This document shows positions 61,907-64,000 of a stretch of DNA of 64,000 nucleotides, piece by piece (position 1 is the stretch's first letter; every line of letters begins with the position of its first letter). The notes under the pieces were generated by a model that saw only the letters and a list, made by a program, of their open reading frames with translations, was not told the DNA's origin and searched no databases. The stretch is from Eledone cirrhosa (taxonomy: Eukaryota), in the NCBI GenBank assembly GCA_964016885.1, contig CAXHJY010000593.1, positions 154,112 through 218,111 of the forward strand, given 5' to 3'. The position numbers and the translations under genes were made by a program.

Positions 61907-62094
61907 TAATTATTTCTACTTTTGGCACAAGGCCAGCAATTACCCAGTGCGTTACTGGTACTTTATTTTATCGACCCCGTAAGGATGAAAGGCAAAGTTA
62001 ACCTCTGAGGGATTTGAACTCAGATCATAAAGGGGAGTAACTCTATGCTGCAAGCATGGCGTCCAGCCCTCTACCGATACTGCCAATCCACCAC
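61907..62094 (-). mobile_element. SINE family B, full copy
   Basis: Matches 37077-37264; flanked by TCTCCATAACATAAT (61896-61910 and 62098-62112), a probable 15-bp TSD. Confidence 0.92.
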
Positions 62095-62194
62095 CCTTCT
62101 CCATAACATAATGTTATGATATCATGTATTCTATTGCTATTTATCCTTCAGATTTGTGTCCATCTAATTGTGAATTGTTTGCATTCTTTCTTTA

Positions 62195-62306
62195 CTCTCT
62201 CTTCCCCCTCTCCCTCTTCTCTCTCTTCCCCCTCTCCCTCTTCTCTCTCTCTCCTCTTCTTGTCTATTCTCCCATCCCCTCCTATCTCCCTCTGTCTCCC
62301 TCAATC

Positions 62307-62399
<93 letters not shown>
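62195..62399. repeat. polypyrimidine tract, (CT)n and (CA)n microsatellite
   Basis: Direct inspection; includes a 24-bp duplicated unit near 62197-62245. Confidence 0.95.
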
Positions 62400-62400
<1 letters not shown>

Positions 62401-62789
62401 TGTCATTAACTAACTACCAATGTTTGTTTTTAAACTTGGATTAATTTAGTTTATTTTTTATTTTCACTATTGTGACCAATAAAAGAAATCATTATTTTTC
62501 AATGTTTATTTTTAATTATCAATTAACAAAAGTAATGAGAGGATAAGATTGGTAGAACATCACACTAAATAACTTACAGTTTGTCTCTTTGTTATGAATA
62601 TAAAATCTATGTGGTTGATTTTGCCATTCATAGTTCCAAGATTGAAAAAATAAATACCTATCATGCACTTTGTTCAATTGTCTATATCCTTCTTCTACAA
62701 ACCTGTGGCTGTCATCTCAGAACTATTTGATTTTCAAATAAAATTATTTTCTTGCACCAACTAATATATATTTCTGCATATATAAAGGA

Positions 62790-63004
62790 ACGATCGACTT
62801 TCGTCAAATCGGACCGAGGGAACAATGTTTCCGTTGGTCTTTCCAATTGCTAATACTATCTATCGGTCGCAACTCCAGGTAGAAGGAGCAACGTGAAATA
62901 AAGTGTCTTGCTCAAGGACATAACGCATCGCCTGGTCCAGGAATCGAACTCACAACCTTACGATTGCGAATCCAATTCTCTAACCACTCAGCCACACGCC
63001 TTCC
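62790..63004 (-). mobile_element. SINE type A3, relatively young
   Basis: Minus strand GGAAGGCGTGTGGCTGAGTGGTTAGAG..GAGTTCGATTCC head; CpGs retained. Confidence 0.85.
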
Positions 63005-63029
63005 ATATATATATTAGTTTAATTCCAAA

Positions 63030-63232
63030 GAGAAAAACCTGGAACATTTTTCTCTGAGAGTTCCTTATACTCTGAAGAAGGGAATTTTAAGTCCCAAAAT
63101 ATTAGGACGAAAGAAACAACAGCAACATAAAAAAAAAACAAAGATTACCAGGTAACTCACTTTTTCGTTACCTTCATCTGACCATCCATTTTGCATTGTT
63201 TAGCCTTATATCCACTTTCCACATTATATATT
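63030..63232 (+). repeat. dispersed repeat (Penelope-pLTR-like), copy 2
   Basis: CTCTGAAGAAGGGAATTTTAAGTCCCAAAATATTAGGAC; inverted relative to 59303-59480. Confidence 0.7.
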
Positions 63233-64000
63233 TTTACATATTTCCTTAGCAATTTTATTCACTAATACAAATTAATTCTTTTCAGCCTTTGTCACATTAC
63301 TATGTACATCCCACTTTTACTCCCTCTTCATTCAGTCTGTATTTTTGTACAAAGATCTCTGTGTTGACATAAGAAACAACACTTTCCAAAATGTCTTCAA
63401 TTTCTTTACTGTAGGCAACTATTTTTTTATTCAGCCACAGCATCACCATGGTGAACATTTGATAAATTATTCTGTCATTTCATGTAGCCTTTACCCCTCT
63501 CAAAAGTTGCTTTAATATCCTTATGTTTGTTTGTGTATAGTTGTGTTTCCTTAATGTTTTAATCTAAAGCAAGGTATTGATCAAATGACAAAGAGGATTA
63601 CAGATCACCTTAAAGCTGAGTATTGGGGGGTAACTCCTCCAGTGTTGCTTACAGCCATGAGTTGACATCTAGAGTTAGATGAACTGCATTGTTTGTGGAT
63701 TAAATACCTTGGAAAAGGTCACAACATAGTGCTTGTGATGGGTTACAAACTTCATTGGTATTCTCTCAACATAGGTGTCTATGTTTTTTGATAGTCATGT
63801 ATACAGTATTTATTTTGTGGAAGATAGTATTCTGAAATTGTTTGTAGAATATTGATAAAATACTATAGTTACTTTGTAGAAAATATCTTTTTATTCTTAG
63901 AAATATACCTATGAGTATAAATATATGCTGTGTGTTAGATTCATTGTTTGAGAAGGGAGTGCTTTGGCATCAACTTGTGATGTCTATCTAAGGATGATGC

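Noticed and set aside
62116-62444. SL/RE-repeat ORFs (also 29738-29993, 38986-39365 and 50820-51589)
   Set aside because: Translations of dinucleotide microsatellites.

Overview
AT-rich, CpG-poor eukaryotic genomic DNA. The SINE/LINE/MITE repertoire looks like an octopod cephalopod (inference from recalled repeat families, not a database result). I found no intact host protein-coding gene, rRNA, true tRNA or CRISPR array; the window reads as a long intron or intergenic region. It is packed with decayed mobile elements: RTE-clade LINE fragments (one ~1.7 kb RT remnant carrying a PHD-like C4HC3 finger), CR1/Zenon-like, R4/Dong-like and Ingi/Vingi-like 3' fragments, two tRNA-derived SINE groups, Tc1/pogo-, hAT- and piggyBac-type MITEs, a non-autonomous Helitron, probable Penelope-like remnants, and mini/microsatellites. 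Nearly all ORFs in the track are spurious or TE-derived. The most notable observations are a 48-bp minisatellite with a 240-bp higher-order repeat born inside a LINE 3'UTR, inverted SINE/LINE pairs predicted to form long dsRNA, a candidate recursive splice site (CAG|GTAATT), a hammerhead-like motif in a dispersed repeat, several long palindromes, and unusually long duplications flanking insertions. I cannot support a novel multi-gene system from this sequence. Element boundaries were read by eye and are approximate for old copies.
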